Numbered from the stretch's first letter, positions 13,075 through 24,075 are shown. The stretch: DNA of 40,159 nt from Octopus bimaculoides (GCF_001194135.2 NC_068994.1:36312980-36353138), one strand, 5' to 3'. Program-made: numbers and translations. Notes: generated by a model not told the origin, from the sequence alone.

Positions 13075-13170
13075 GCTGGTGACAAGAAGGGCATCCAGCA
13101 GTAAAAAACAGTTTCAAAATGTATCCAACCTTGCCAGTAAAGAAAAGTGGATGTAAAGTGCTGATGATAA
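13075..13170 (+). mobile_element. decayed RTE-type 3' tail
   Basis: 'aagaagggcatccagcagtaaaaaac...tccaaccttgccagt...gtggatgtaaagtgctgatgat'. Confidence 0.6.
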
Positions 13171-14009
13171 CACACATCTAATCACTCTAACAGAAGCAAT
13201 CAGCCATGAGACTGCCACAAGCTAAAATGCACTAACTACAATCAATGCACACCAGAATAAGCTTTTATTCTCACTAAATTCAACAAATGTTCTCTCCATT
13301 AGAATCTATCTTATTCTATGCAAGCACATAACTGTGTATCTCTTCCTGAGAGGGATAAAGTCTGTGGTCCCCTACTGACTCGGTCCTATCGCTCTTATGC
13401 AGAAATATTACTCATACTTTGATGATACCACACTTCATTCATCCTTTACTTTCCAAGTACAGGTATCAGCCAAGTATACCTTGACTTCTAACACTAGACA
13501 TGTAAATAACTTTAAAGAAAAGCTGCCGTGAGAACATGATCTAATAGAAACATGAAAACATCGTCTCCTTCAACTGCAAAAATAAAACCATTACAACACA
13601 TGCGAAAGGAAATCTTTCAATTTATGTCCTTTTCACATGAACAACTCAAAACTAAAGCGTAGGCGGTACAAATACTAGGCCTTACAGTTTTTATTTACGT
13701 CTCATGGTGAACTTCACATTCAGTTACACTGTCAAAATTGCGAACCAAAAACCTATGCTCCTTTTTCAAGGCCAGAAAATTGTTCGGCCTTGAGCTGTTG
13801 CTGACAAAGGTCAAAAACAGAAAAAAAAAGTTACATTTGGTACTGCTGCTGCACTGCTACTACTACACACAGATATGCCATTTTGCTGATTGTCAAAGAT
13901 TCGTTCACCAACACATGCTTACTGATACACATTCTGTTTTCTCATTCTCTTCTGACATTCACTACTACAATGGCAAAAGAAAGCAGCATAGCAATTCTAT
14001 TTCTGCCAC

Positions 14010-14500
14010 TCAGTGAGCCAATCGTGTAGCATTCGTACAGTATTTTACATACTAAACCAAACTACAACATTCCTTCTTAGAGCTATCTTCTGGAAAGCCA
14101 TCTCTGTTCACACTACTTTACAAAACCGCAAGCTACAAATGTAAAAAATCAGCTACATCAATCTCTTCGTTCAAGTAAATGCGACGCGCAACGAAATTGC
14201 CGAGCATCTTCATTTGACTAAATTATTCGTATGATAAATATGTGTATATGAATTTCTTCTAATTATTATGAATGATGTGTGTGGTTCTATTTACATATCA
14301 TGTTCCAAATAATTAGCAGAAAATCGATATATTTCGGAATAAGTGAGACAAACGTAAAACTGTATGCCAGACATCGGAGGAAAGCTTGAAGGGAAATAAC
14401 TCTGCAATATTCGATTTAAATATCTCCCTTGAAAATGAAATTTTTAATCGTAACTTTATAGAGTAATGTATATTACCTTGTCGACAATATAGTTCTGACA
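14010..14500 (+). promoter_or_regulatory. candidate CpG-retaining promoter or first-exon region
   Basis: NF-Y-type AGCCAATC at 14016-14023. About 15 CpGs in 14100-14490 in otherwise CpG-poor DNA. Possible donor CAA|GTAAAT at 14175. No transposon similarity recognised. Confidence 0.3.
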
Positions 14501-14505
14501 TTTCA

Positions 14506-14507
<2 letters not shown>

Positions 14508-14551
<44 letters not shown>

Positions 14552-15080
14552 NNNNNNNNNNNNNNNNNNNNNNNNNNNNNNNNNNNNNNNNNNNNNNNNN
14601 NNNNNNNNNNNNNNNNNNNNNNNNNNNNNNNNNNNNNNNNNNNNNNNNNNNNNNNNNNNNNNNNNNNNNNNNNNNNNNNNNNNNNNNNNNNNNNNNNNNN
14701 NNNNNNNNNNNNNNNNNNNNNNNNNNNNNNNNNNNNNNNNNNNNNNNNNNNNNNNNNNNNNNNNNNNNNNNNNNNNNNNNNNNNNNNNNNNNNNNNNNNN
14801 NNNNNNNNNNNNNNNNNNNNNNNNNNNNNNNNNNNNNNNNNNNNNNNNNNNNNNNNNNNNNNNNNNNNNNNNNNNNNNNNNNNNNNNNNNNNNNNNNNNN
14901 NNNNNNNNNNNNNNNNNNNNNNNNNNNNNNNNNNNNNNNNNNNNNNNNNNNNNNNNNNNNNNNNNNNNNNNNNNNNNNNNNNNNNNNNNNNNNNNNNNNN
15001 NNNNNNNNNNNNNNNNNNNNNNNNNNNNNNNNNNNNNNNNNNNNNNNNNNNNNNNATATATATATATATATATATATACA
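14508..15080. repeat. (TA)n with assembly gap
   Basis: Directly visible. Confidence 0.95.
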
Positions 15081-15336
15081 TACATAGTTTAGAATAGGGG
15101 CAGCTGATGAAGGAAATGTTCTCTATGTGGCCTGTGTTTTCCTGTGTGTTCCTAACGTTGTCTGAAAAAAAGTTTGTTTTCCGTGCTTTGTTTTTGCTCT
15201 CGTTTTTCATTTTGTCCACGTTTTTTTTTTGTGTGATGTCCTGTACCCAGATATGCATCGATATATACATGTAGATGTAGGTATGTACATACATGTACGT
15301 ATATAAGCATATACTCACATATTATTTGGATTATTA

Positions 15337-15391
<55 letters not shown>

Positions 15392-15396
15392 ACATA

Positions 15397-15436
<40 letters not shown>

Positions 15437-15465
15437 CATACATATATATATACATATATGTATAT

Positions 15466-15790
15466 GCGGTATGGTGTAGTGGTGTGTGGTGTGATGGCGT
15501 TGGGAGGTGGGGTATGTGAGTAGGTAGAGGTGGGGTATATGGGAGTGGGTGTACGGGAGGGGTGGGTTGGAATGTGAAGGGATGGGGTGGACTTACAAGG
15601 GAAGGGTGCCTATGAAGGGGAAGGAGAAGGTGGGTAGGAGTGAAAAGAAGAGAGAAAAGAGAAAAAGAGTAAGGGTGAAGAGAAGGAGTGAAGAGAGGTA
15701 GAAGTAGGAGCAAGAGAGGAGAGGTGGGGGAAGTAGGTGTGAGGGGGAAAGATGCAAGGGGAGAGAGTTAGATGAAGATGGGAGGAGAGT
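15466..15790 (+). repeat. G-rich/polypurine low-complexity tract
   Basis: Many GGG/GGGG runs (15500-15620), then an almost pure G/A stretch with very few C. Confidence 0.85.
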
Positions 15791-15819
15791 TGAACTCATG
15801 TGGCATATATATATATTTC

Positions 15820-15992
15820 TTTTACTTTTCAGTCATTTGACTGCAGCCATCCTGGAGCAGTGCCTTTAGTCAAGCAAACCAACCCCAGGACTTATTCTTT
15901 GTAAGCCTACTATTTATTCTATTGGTCTCTTTTGGCGAACTGCTAGGTTACGGGGACATAAATACACCAGCTTTGGTTGTCAAGCGATGGTG
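15820..15992 (-). mobile_element. SINE family A, 3' half
   Basis: Homologous to 2530-2705. Confidence 0.8.
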
Positions 15993-16060
15993 GTGTCTTC
16001 TGCTATAGCCTCTAACTGACCAAGGCCTTGTGGGTGGATGGAAACTGAGGGAGGTCCGTC

Positions 16061-16062
<2 letters not shown>
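15993..16062 (+). mobile_element. SINE family A internal segment, in opposite orientation to the adjacent piece
   Basis: 'gtgtcttctgctatagcc...gaccaaggccttgtgggtggatggaaactgagggaggtccgtcgt'. It is an inverted match to 17207-17284. Confidence 0.75.
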
Positions 16063-16096
<34 letters not shown>

Positions 16097-16100
<4 letters not shown>

Positions 16101-17205
16101 TGAAAATATGCAGAAAACAACTTCTGTCTCATTCCAGGGAGAAAAACTAGAGGTAGTTGATAGCTTCCGCTATCTGGGTGACCAAGTTAGTAGTGGGGGT
16201 GGGTGCACTGAAAGTATACCTGCTAGAATANNNNNNNNNNNNNNNNNNNNNNNNNNNNNNNNNNNNNNNNNNNNNNNNNNNNNNNNNNNNNNNNNNNNNN
16301 NNNNNNNNNNNNNNNNNNNNNNNNNNNNNNNNNNNNNNNNNNNNNNNNNNNNNNNNNNNNNNNNNNNNNNNNNNNNNNNNNNNNNNNNNNNNNNNNNNNN
16401 NNNNNNNNNNNNNNNNNNNNNNNNNNNNNNNNNNNNNNNNNNNNNNNNNNNNNNNNNNNNNNNNNNNNNNNNNNNNNNNNNNNNNNNNNNNNNNNNNNNN
16501 NNNNNNNNNNNNNNNNNNNNNNNNNNNNNNNNNNNNNNNNNNNNNNNNNNNNNNNNNNNNNNNNNNNNNNNNNNNNNNNNNNNNNNNNNNNNNNNNNNNN
16601 NNNNNNNNNNNNNNNNNNNNNNNNNNNNNNNNNNNNNNNNNNNNNNNNNNNNNNNNNNNNNNNNNNNNNNNNNNNNNNNNNNNNNNNNNNNNNNNNNNNN
16701 NNNNNNNNNNNNNNNNNNNNNNNNNNNNNNNNNNNNNNNNNNNNNNNNNNNNNNNNNNNNNNNNNNNNNNNNNNNNNNNNNNNNNNNNNNNNNNNNNNNN
16801 NNNNNNNNNNNNNNNNNNNNNNNNNNNNNNNNNNNNNNNNNNNNNNNNNNNNNNNNNNNNNNNNNNNNNNNNNNNNNNNNNNNNNNACTTGTGCCAGTGG
16901 CATGTGAAAAGACATTTGAGCGAGTTCGTTGCCAGTCCCGCTGGACTGGCTCCTGTGCAGGTGGCACGTAAAATACACCATTTCGAGCATGGCCGTTGCC
17001 AGTACCTCCTGACTGGCCTCGTGCTGGTGGCACATAAAAGCACCCACTACACTCGCTGAGTGCTTGGCGTTAGGAAGGGCATCCAGCTGTAGAAACTCTG
17101 CCAAATCAGATTGGAGCCTGGTGTAGCCATCTGGTTCACCAGTCCTCAGTCAAATCGTCCAACCCATGCTAGCATGGAAAGCGGACGTTAAACGATGATG
17201 ATGAT
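16097..17205 (+). mobile_element. 5'-truncated RTE LINE: end of RT region, gap, then 3' UTR with tandem units and (GAT)n tail
   Basis: 16097-16230 encodes SFQGEKLEVVDSFRYLGDQVSSGGGCTESIPARI (RT 'FRYLG' motif). After the N gap, 16887-17205 holds the tandem units and the 'ggacgttaaacgatgatgatgat' tail. Continuity across the gap is inferred. Confidence 0.75.
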
Positions 17206-17206
17206 A

Positions 17207-17360
17207 ACGACAGGGCTCCCTCAGTCTCCATCCACCAAATCAACCCACAACCCTTGGTCAGCCGGAGGCTATAGCAGAAGACACGCCCAAGGTGCCACAC
17301 ATTATGACTGAACCTGGAACCATGTGGCTGGTCAGCAAGCCACTCACACACAGCCACCCC
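17207..17360 (-). mobile_element. SINE family A, 5' half
   Basis: Homologous to 2765-2925, including the tRNA-like head. Confidence 0.8.
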
Positions 17361-17451
17361 ATATATATACATACATATATACATATATGTTTGTATGTAT
17401 GTATGTATGTATATTCACCTTTAAGTTATTTTAGTTAGTGTTAATTTTCTT

Positions 17452-17522
17452 TTTAAGCCTGGTACTTATTCAATCACTCTCTTTTTGCTGAATTGCTAAG
17501 GTATGGGGATGTAAACATGCCA
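17452..17522 (-). mobile_element. SINE family A, small 3' remnant
   Basis: 'aagcctggtacttattc...ctaaggtatggggatgtaaaca' resembles 2615-2680. Confidence 0.55.
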
Positions 17523-17841
17523 ACACACACACACATATATGTATATACACAGGATGTCTCAATTTATAACTTTTAACATCGCTTCCAGGAACTGAAAATT
17601 CCTGGCAAAACTATTTGGCAAGAATTTCACATAACTTTCTTTCAAATATACAACTCTATTGGTTACTATGCAGCCCTTACTGAATACTCAAATAGTCATT
17701 CATGCTCGCTCGCACACTCACTCACTCACTTACGTACTTACTGGAACTGTAAAAATCTGCAAAAGTTTGAGCATGTCTAGAGATGCAACTACTATACATG
17801 AGAATACATACATAAAACAAAACATACAAATCTGCACACAT

Positions 17842-17872
<31 letters not shown>

Positions 17873-20781
17873 TACATACATACATACAAGCAATGTTGAT
17901 GCTGAATTCCAATGAAGGAGCCTTGAATGTAGGTTAGAAACTGGATCTTTCTCTATTGGTAAGAAATCTTGAAATAAAACTGAACAATGTCATACATACA
18001 TGGATGATTGATTGATTGATTAATTGAAATAGACAGACAGACAGACAGATTTATGAGCATATAAGCAACTATTGGTAATATTAAATAATGCATTCCATGT
18101 CATAGAAAGTTTAACTTACAACTTTTCTCAGCTGTAGCTCCTCACACTTTGTACAATCAAAGACTTTTTATTTTGACTGTCCTGTCTGTTTTTCCTTAGC
18201 TATACTGTCCAATATTCTCTTTCATTTCTTTATAAAACATAGGGTATGAACTGAAGGTGATTTAGCCTCTATTTCTAACAAGTCAAGCAACCTATGCTCA
18301 ATTTCGCTGAAAATATATAAGCCTCTCATGCATAAAGGGGTTATTTACAAGAATTAAATTCATTATGCACCTGGGTATTTTAGCATGTAAGCAAGAGGAT
18401 TCATATCATGAAAACACTACCAGCAGTTCACATGTAAATATTGTATAAAATTTTTTACCTATTGAGTCAAAAGAGACATCCATATATAACTGAAGTTAAC
18501 AAAAGACAATTAGGGAATGCTTATATTTCATAAATGATATTAACTCAGCATCATTCGTGTATCTATGAATAATATTTGGGCTATAAATCTTTCTAAATAA
18601 CATGATGTCCTTTCACTAAATTTCTGTACTCTTCAACGACATCTTCAGGTCAGTGTTCTTAGAGAATTTCCCATGTTTGGACATCATACTTTATTAATCA
18701 TTGCAAATATATTTGTATGCTCAATATGTTTCTAAGTTCATCTATTCTAGATGAATCTTAGATATGAGGATGGCATGGCAAAAATATATTCAAATGGATT
18801 CATAATTATTCATCAATAATTATCAATACCATTTCAACTTTTTTTTTTTTGCTTGTTTTTTGTTTTTCTATTCTGATACTGACAGACGTGTTTGCTCATG
18901 CACATATAAATATGTTGTTCTTTATATACGTCTTTCTCAAGAAACTCTTTATTCTAATACTATTCTAGATTTGGTGAAAGCCTAACATATGCTTAAGCAA
19001 AATTGAAATTATTTAATTAGTTTTTAGTATATTTACTGGGCAACTAATATTTTACTAATAAATATTGTGTTTTCTATATTTACCCAAAGCTCCTATTTTA
19101 TTTCACTGCATTACGCTGGCATGTGATCAACAAATTCAAAATTTCTATTTTAAACCTCTTTCAGCCATTGTAACTGCCTGTTATTTTGCTATAACTATAT
19201 CCACCAAAAACATTGATTAATTCTTAATAGAGGAACAATGACTACTATTCCTAATATTGCTGACAACAAATATAACATAACTATATGTTGAGTGTTTTTT
19301 GAGGGTTTTTGTTTTTTTAAGTAATTGATGCTTAAACAAACCAACAATGTGCCAAAAGCAGTACAGGTCTTGTGCTAAAATTGTCAGAAACACTACTCAA
19401 GATCATTGATGGAAATGAGGCTGAGTACACAGAAGAATAATGTTCTCTTACATTTCATTTCTAGACAGACTTGCAGTTTCTAACCCCAAAGTGATAAATA
19501 TTTTTCTAAACCAACTGCATTGTTATTAGAATTAGGCTTATAACAAAAGAAGTAATGGCAATATTTGCTGAGATCAACAAATTTGAATTATTCATAAATA
19601 TTCAGTGTTTTGAGAACAAAAACAAAGACTGAAAGTTGTGATATTCATTTTTACACATCAAAAAACTTTAGTGCTCTTGGCAAATACTCAAATTTATATT
19701 CAATGGAACTTACAAAGCAGAATTTTTTTATTTTTACTTTTGATTTTCCAAAATAAACCAGACATTCCCTGTTTAGATAGCATCAGAGATTTCCACTCTG
19801 AACATCAGCTTTAATGTCTAAGGTACCAGGACAGAGTTTAGTGACTGTCATTTAAAGAAAAGAATTATATAAAATTTAAAGTTTCCTTCTGATATAATTA
19901 CAACCACAATATTTTTTAAATCACATTACAGGAATCTGAATGACTTGCCAAGAAATGAGAATGATATTAAATATTTTCTTTAATCTACAAAGAACAGTAT
20001 TGTCATTGGTAATGTGAAACATGAAATAATTTGTCTTGGTAAATTTCTTGATTGATCTTAGTGGCCATTGCAATTCACTATTCTCAAAAACCAACATTAA
20101 CAATCAAAAGCTTTCTAAACATATATACTTGTTAATTAGATACACTTTACAATGAGTGTGTCTTTATTAGTCACCATAATTGATTATCAATAAAAGAATA
20201 CGTATACTTCAAACATCTGATTCTAAGTGAGTTTCAAAAGAATCAGCACTTAGATTCATTCATACTTGATCTTTTCTAATTGCCCTCTCATGGACTATTT
20301 TCAATCTGTACACATCATCAGATCACAAAATTTATGAATAAAGCATTTGAAAATTATCATCCTAAGATAGGGTGCAGCCACAGCTGCAAAATCACAATCA
20401 AGTACTAGGCCAATGCCAACTAATCTCCACTCCAAATCGCTAACATTACGTCTGAATTGAGAACCCTTACTATATGTCTTAGCTTTTCTGATATCTGATA
20501 TTCACAGTCATAGTAACAGTTCACATTTTATTTCAAATCTGAGCAAAAGAAAAGGAATCAAGAGAACACTGAAGAAATTTACAGTCTGTCTAAATACATA
20601 TTCTCCATATTCTATATATTAATCAATGTTAGAAAACATAGAAAGATGAAAAGGTAGAAATTATACATGCTTTATGATTAACATAAACCAATTTGATAAA
20701 ATAAAAACATGTAAATTTCAATAATTGTTAATATTCATTTCTGTACTATTTCAGATGCATTCATGATTCTTTCCAAGAAAG

Positions 20782-23229
20782 ATGTCCATATGTGAAAACA
20801 TGCTAACTGAAGTGTCTTTGTTGTTGCTTATTCTGGAAACATCCCTATGTGCAGATCGTGTATATCGTATAGAAGAAGAGAATGACCCAGGAACTTTTGT
20901 TGGTGATATTGCAGCAGATACAAAACTATTAGGCATCATATCTCCAAAGGATGACAGCAATATTTGGTTCAGTCAGCTTCACCAAGAGAATACAAACACG
21001 TCAAAGTTGTTCAATGTCACTAAAACAGGCAAATTATATACAGCTCAAAGACTAGACACAGAAACTCTTTGTAAATACAATGTAGAATGTTTCAAAATGG
21101 TAGATGTTGCAGTTCAACAGAAAAAATATTTTATTAAAATATTGGAAGTCAAAATTATTATTGAAGATATAAATGACAACAAGCCAGAATTTCGAAACAA
21201 AGAAATTGAACTTGAATTTTATGAAACTGATGGCAAAGGAACAAAAAAATCTATACCTAATGCCATAGACAAAGATGTAGGTATACAAAATTCACAAATA
21301 ACATATTTACTAAAGAACAATAATGATGATCTTTTCACATTATCAGTTTCAAAAAATATGGATGGTACTTCCAAACTCGGTATTATTTTACAAAAGAAAC
21401 TTGACAGAGAAATACAAGATTCTTATCAGCTTCAAATTATTGCAAAAGATGGAGGCCATCCCCCTAAAGAAGGTGTTCTCAATCTCCAAATATCAGTTCG
21501 AGATGAAAATGACAACTCTCCAGTCTTCTCCCAAAATATTTACAATGTTTCTATTAAAAATGGTTATCAACGATCAATACCTATCGTCACTTTATCAGCA
21601 ACTGACTTAGATTCTGGTAAAAATGGTAAAGTAATCTACGAGTTCAGTCCCAAAACATCAGAGAGTGCCAGAGCCTATTTTAAATTAAATGAGTCAACAG
21701 GAGAAATCTGGGTGGTGAAAAAGTTTCCAACTGGTTCAAAGAAGATATATAAATTGTTTGTTAAAGCAAAGGATGGAGGTAATCCTTCCTTGAGTTCAGT
21801 TGCTCTGGTTTTAGTTAATATAAATAGTCAAGAGAACAACCCTCCTGATATAGATATGAATTTTATAGCAAAATCACCAGAAAATTTGCCAAGCATTTCA
21901 GAGGGGGTAAAAGTTGGTAACTTTATTGCTTATGTAAAGGTCACAGATGATAATGAAGTTTCTTGTTATATAAATCACGATCACTTTCAACTTCAGGCTC
22001 TTGCACGTAAAAAGTATAAAGTTGTTATTAAGAAAACAGTTGACAGAGAAGTAGAAAATCACATAGATTTTACCATCACATGTGAAGACAAANNNNNNNN
22101 NNNNNNNNNNNNNNNNNNNNNNNNNNNNNNNNNNNNNNNNNNNNNNNNNNNNNNNNNNNNNNNNNNNNNNNNNNNNNNNNNNNNNNNNNNNNNNNNNNNN
22201 NNNNNNNNNNNNNNNNNNNNNNNNNNNNNNNNNNNNNNNNNNNNNNNNNNNNNNNNNNNNNNNNNAGTAGGCTTCATCAATGCAACTGACCCTGATCTTG
22301 GATCAGGAGGTGAATTATCTTATTTTCTTATAAGCAGAGATGGGAGTGTTCTTCCCTTTAAAATCTCTCATTTAGGATTCATATCAACTACTCAGTCTTT
22401 AGACCGGGAACAACATGACATTTACAGATTTAAAGTGTTAGTAAAAGATAATGGTACACCATCTCTTAACAACACAGCTAACGTTGTTGTTGAAGTTATG
22501 GATAAAAATGATAATACTCCATATTTTACTTTCCCTAGTGTTAACCCTTTCAATCTAGATTTCCATCACCATCCGCAGAGTAAGAGTGACATCACAACAT
22601 TAAGAGCCTCCGACAGAGACAAACATGTTAATGCTTTTCTCAGGTATGAAATACTTGGAGGCAATGACAAACAATTATTTAAAGTTAACCATTATACTGG
22701 AGTTTTGTCATTCTCTCGTACAGTTTACCAAAATGATGCTGGATCATATAATCTAAAATTAGCTGTCAAAGACAATGGTACACCAGTTTTATCAGCAACA
22801 ACTACACTGTCTTTGACACTAACTGTTAGCAATACAACAGCCAAAATGTACATCTCTGAAGACACAGAATCAGACAACAGAATACATATTAACTTGATGA
22901 TTATTATAGTAGTAGCAGCAGTGATAGTTTCTGTTGCTATTGTAGTTTCTGTAATTGTTTGTGTTGTTCATAAAAGAAATCAAAAAGAAAACCATTATGG
23001 TGCTACCCAAGACTTTGTTGGTGAGAGAAGGCCATCAGGATACGTTTGTGAACAAGACTCTCCAAAATATGATGTTCCTGTTGCAATCTTATCAGATCCA
23101 AAACAAATAAGAAATTCTAAAACAGCTCTTTTTCGAAGAGATCCTCACTCCATATACAAACCTGGACAGAGTTGGAAAGGGTCATCATTAGGAGTACAGC
23201 TACAATGTATTACTCCTGAATTACATCAA
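20782..23229 (+). CDS. protocadherin (6 EC repeats, cephalopod-type), main coding exon: signal peptide, EC1-EC6, TM helix and proximal cytoplasmic tail
   Basis: Long ORF with a hydrophobic N-terminus (MLTEVSLLLLILETSLC) and cadherin motifs DINDNKPEF, DKDVG, LDRE, DENDNSPVF, DLDSGKNG, VDRE, DPDLG, LDRE, DKNDNTPYF and DRD..N. TM LMIIIVVAAVIVSVAIVVSVIVCVV lies at ~22894-22968. Acceptor TTTCAG ends at 20754 and donor CAA|GTAAGT starts at 23230 (phase 0). The N gap 22093-22265 hides the end of EC4 and start of EC5, so intactness is unproven. The start codon could be 20782 or 20800. Confidence 0.93.
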
Positions 23230-23354
23230 GTAAGTAATCTAATTTACATAGCTATTAAAGAAATCCATTTTCACATGTTTGTTTTACTTTTGTGATTTTA
23301 ATTTTAGTTTTCCAAGTTTTGGTGTTTATGACAAACATCACTGTTTGTTTTCAG

Positions 23355-23372
23355 ATTAGACAGTTAAAATAA
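23355..23372 (+). CDS. candidate terminal micro-exon of the protocadherin (IRQLK*)
   Basis: Pyrimidine-rich acceptor 'tgtttgttttcag' ends at 23354, giving a 125-bp intron. Phase 0 reads ATT AGA CAG TTA AAA TAA, and AATAAA overlaps the stop. An alternative acceptor lies at 23829. Confidence 0.35.
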   Translation: MRQLK

Positions 23373-23575
23373 ATTCCTTTTCCATGTAAATACCATTACT
23401 TTGACAAAAATTAAAAAAAGGAGAGAGAAATGAACTTCAATCATATAGACGTATTGAAAGTAAATTTTTAAATATGTCTTGTCATTCATGCCATAATTTA
23501 ACCAGTCTTTCAGCTGGACAAACACATTTTCAAATTGTTTTATTAGGAGTTTAATATCCACAACATAAGAATGCT

Positions 23576-23625
<50 letters not shown>

Positions 23626-23931
23626 GCTATAATAAATTGAACTTCAGCAGTACTATATTTGTGTACTTACTATTATCTTTAAAATTCTTTTTTCTATGGT
23701 TATTGTTTTTACATATTTTGATATACTACTATTATAATAAAACTATATATAAGGAACCAGCAAAATAGCTAATTATTTTATCTATGTTGCACAACTTTCA
23801 GATGTTGTAGTAGTTTTTCTTCTGTATAGAACATTCAGACATATTCAAGAACAAAACACTTAACAAAACTACATTCAGAATAATAGTATGCTGCTTTCTT
23901 AATTAGACTGCTGTTAAAAAAAAAAAAAAAG

Positions 23932-24075
23932 GCTTATCTCTTTAGCATTTACCCTGGCCATATTTGGCTCGATTATTCTCCCTGTTCTAAGTTCAAACTG
24001 GTTAGATCTGGTTTCTCATACCTACAACGTCATTCTAAAAATATAAAATCATAACATCAAAATCTCAAAACTATA
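23932..24075. mobile_element. probable decayed MITE left end (TTAA-CCC-type)
   Basis: 'ttatctctttagcatttaccctggccatatttggc...' resembles a decayed TTAACCCTTTAGC terminus recalled from octopus repeats. No partner end was found. Confidence 0.3.

Noticed and set aside
16030-17104. ORFs of about 300 aa spanning 16.0-17.1 kb
   Set aside because: They are open only because of the N gap. Only 16097-16230 is real RT-coding sequence.
20438-20441. CGCT resembling the core of the vertebrate protocadherin promoter CSE/CTCF site
   Set aside because: A single 4-mer with no flanking CTCF-like consensus is expected by chance.
22093-22265. Apparent in-frame 58-codon segment in EC4/EC5
   Set aside because: The N count is an estimate and seems longer than the roughly 43 codons expected from cadherin repeat spacing. 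Nothing can be concluded about frame or insertions.
23230-23295. ORF-track C-terminus of the protocadherin (VSNL...VLLL*)
   Set aside because: It begins exactly at a consensus GTAAGT donor and reads as AT-rich intron. It is kept only as a possible retained-intron isoform.
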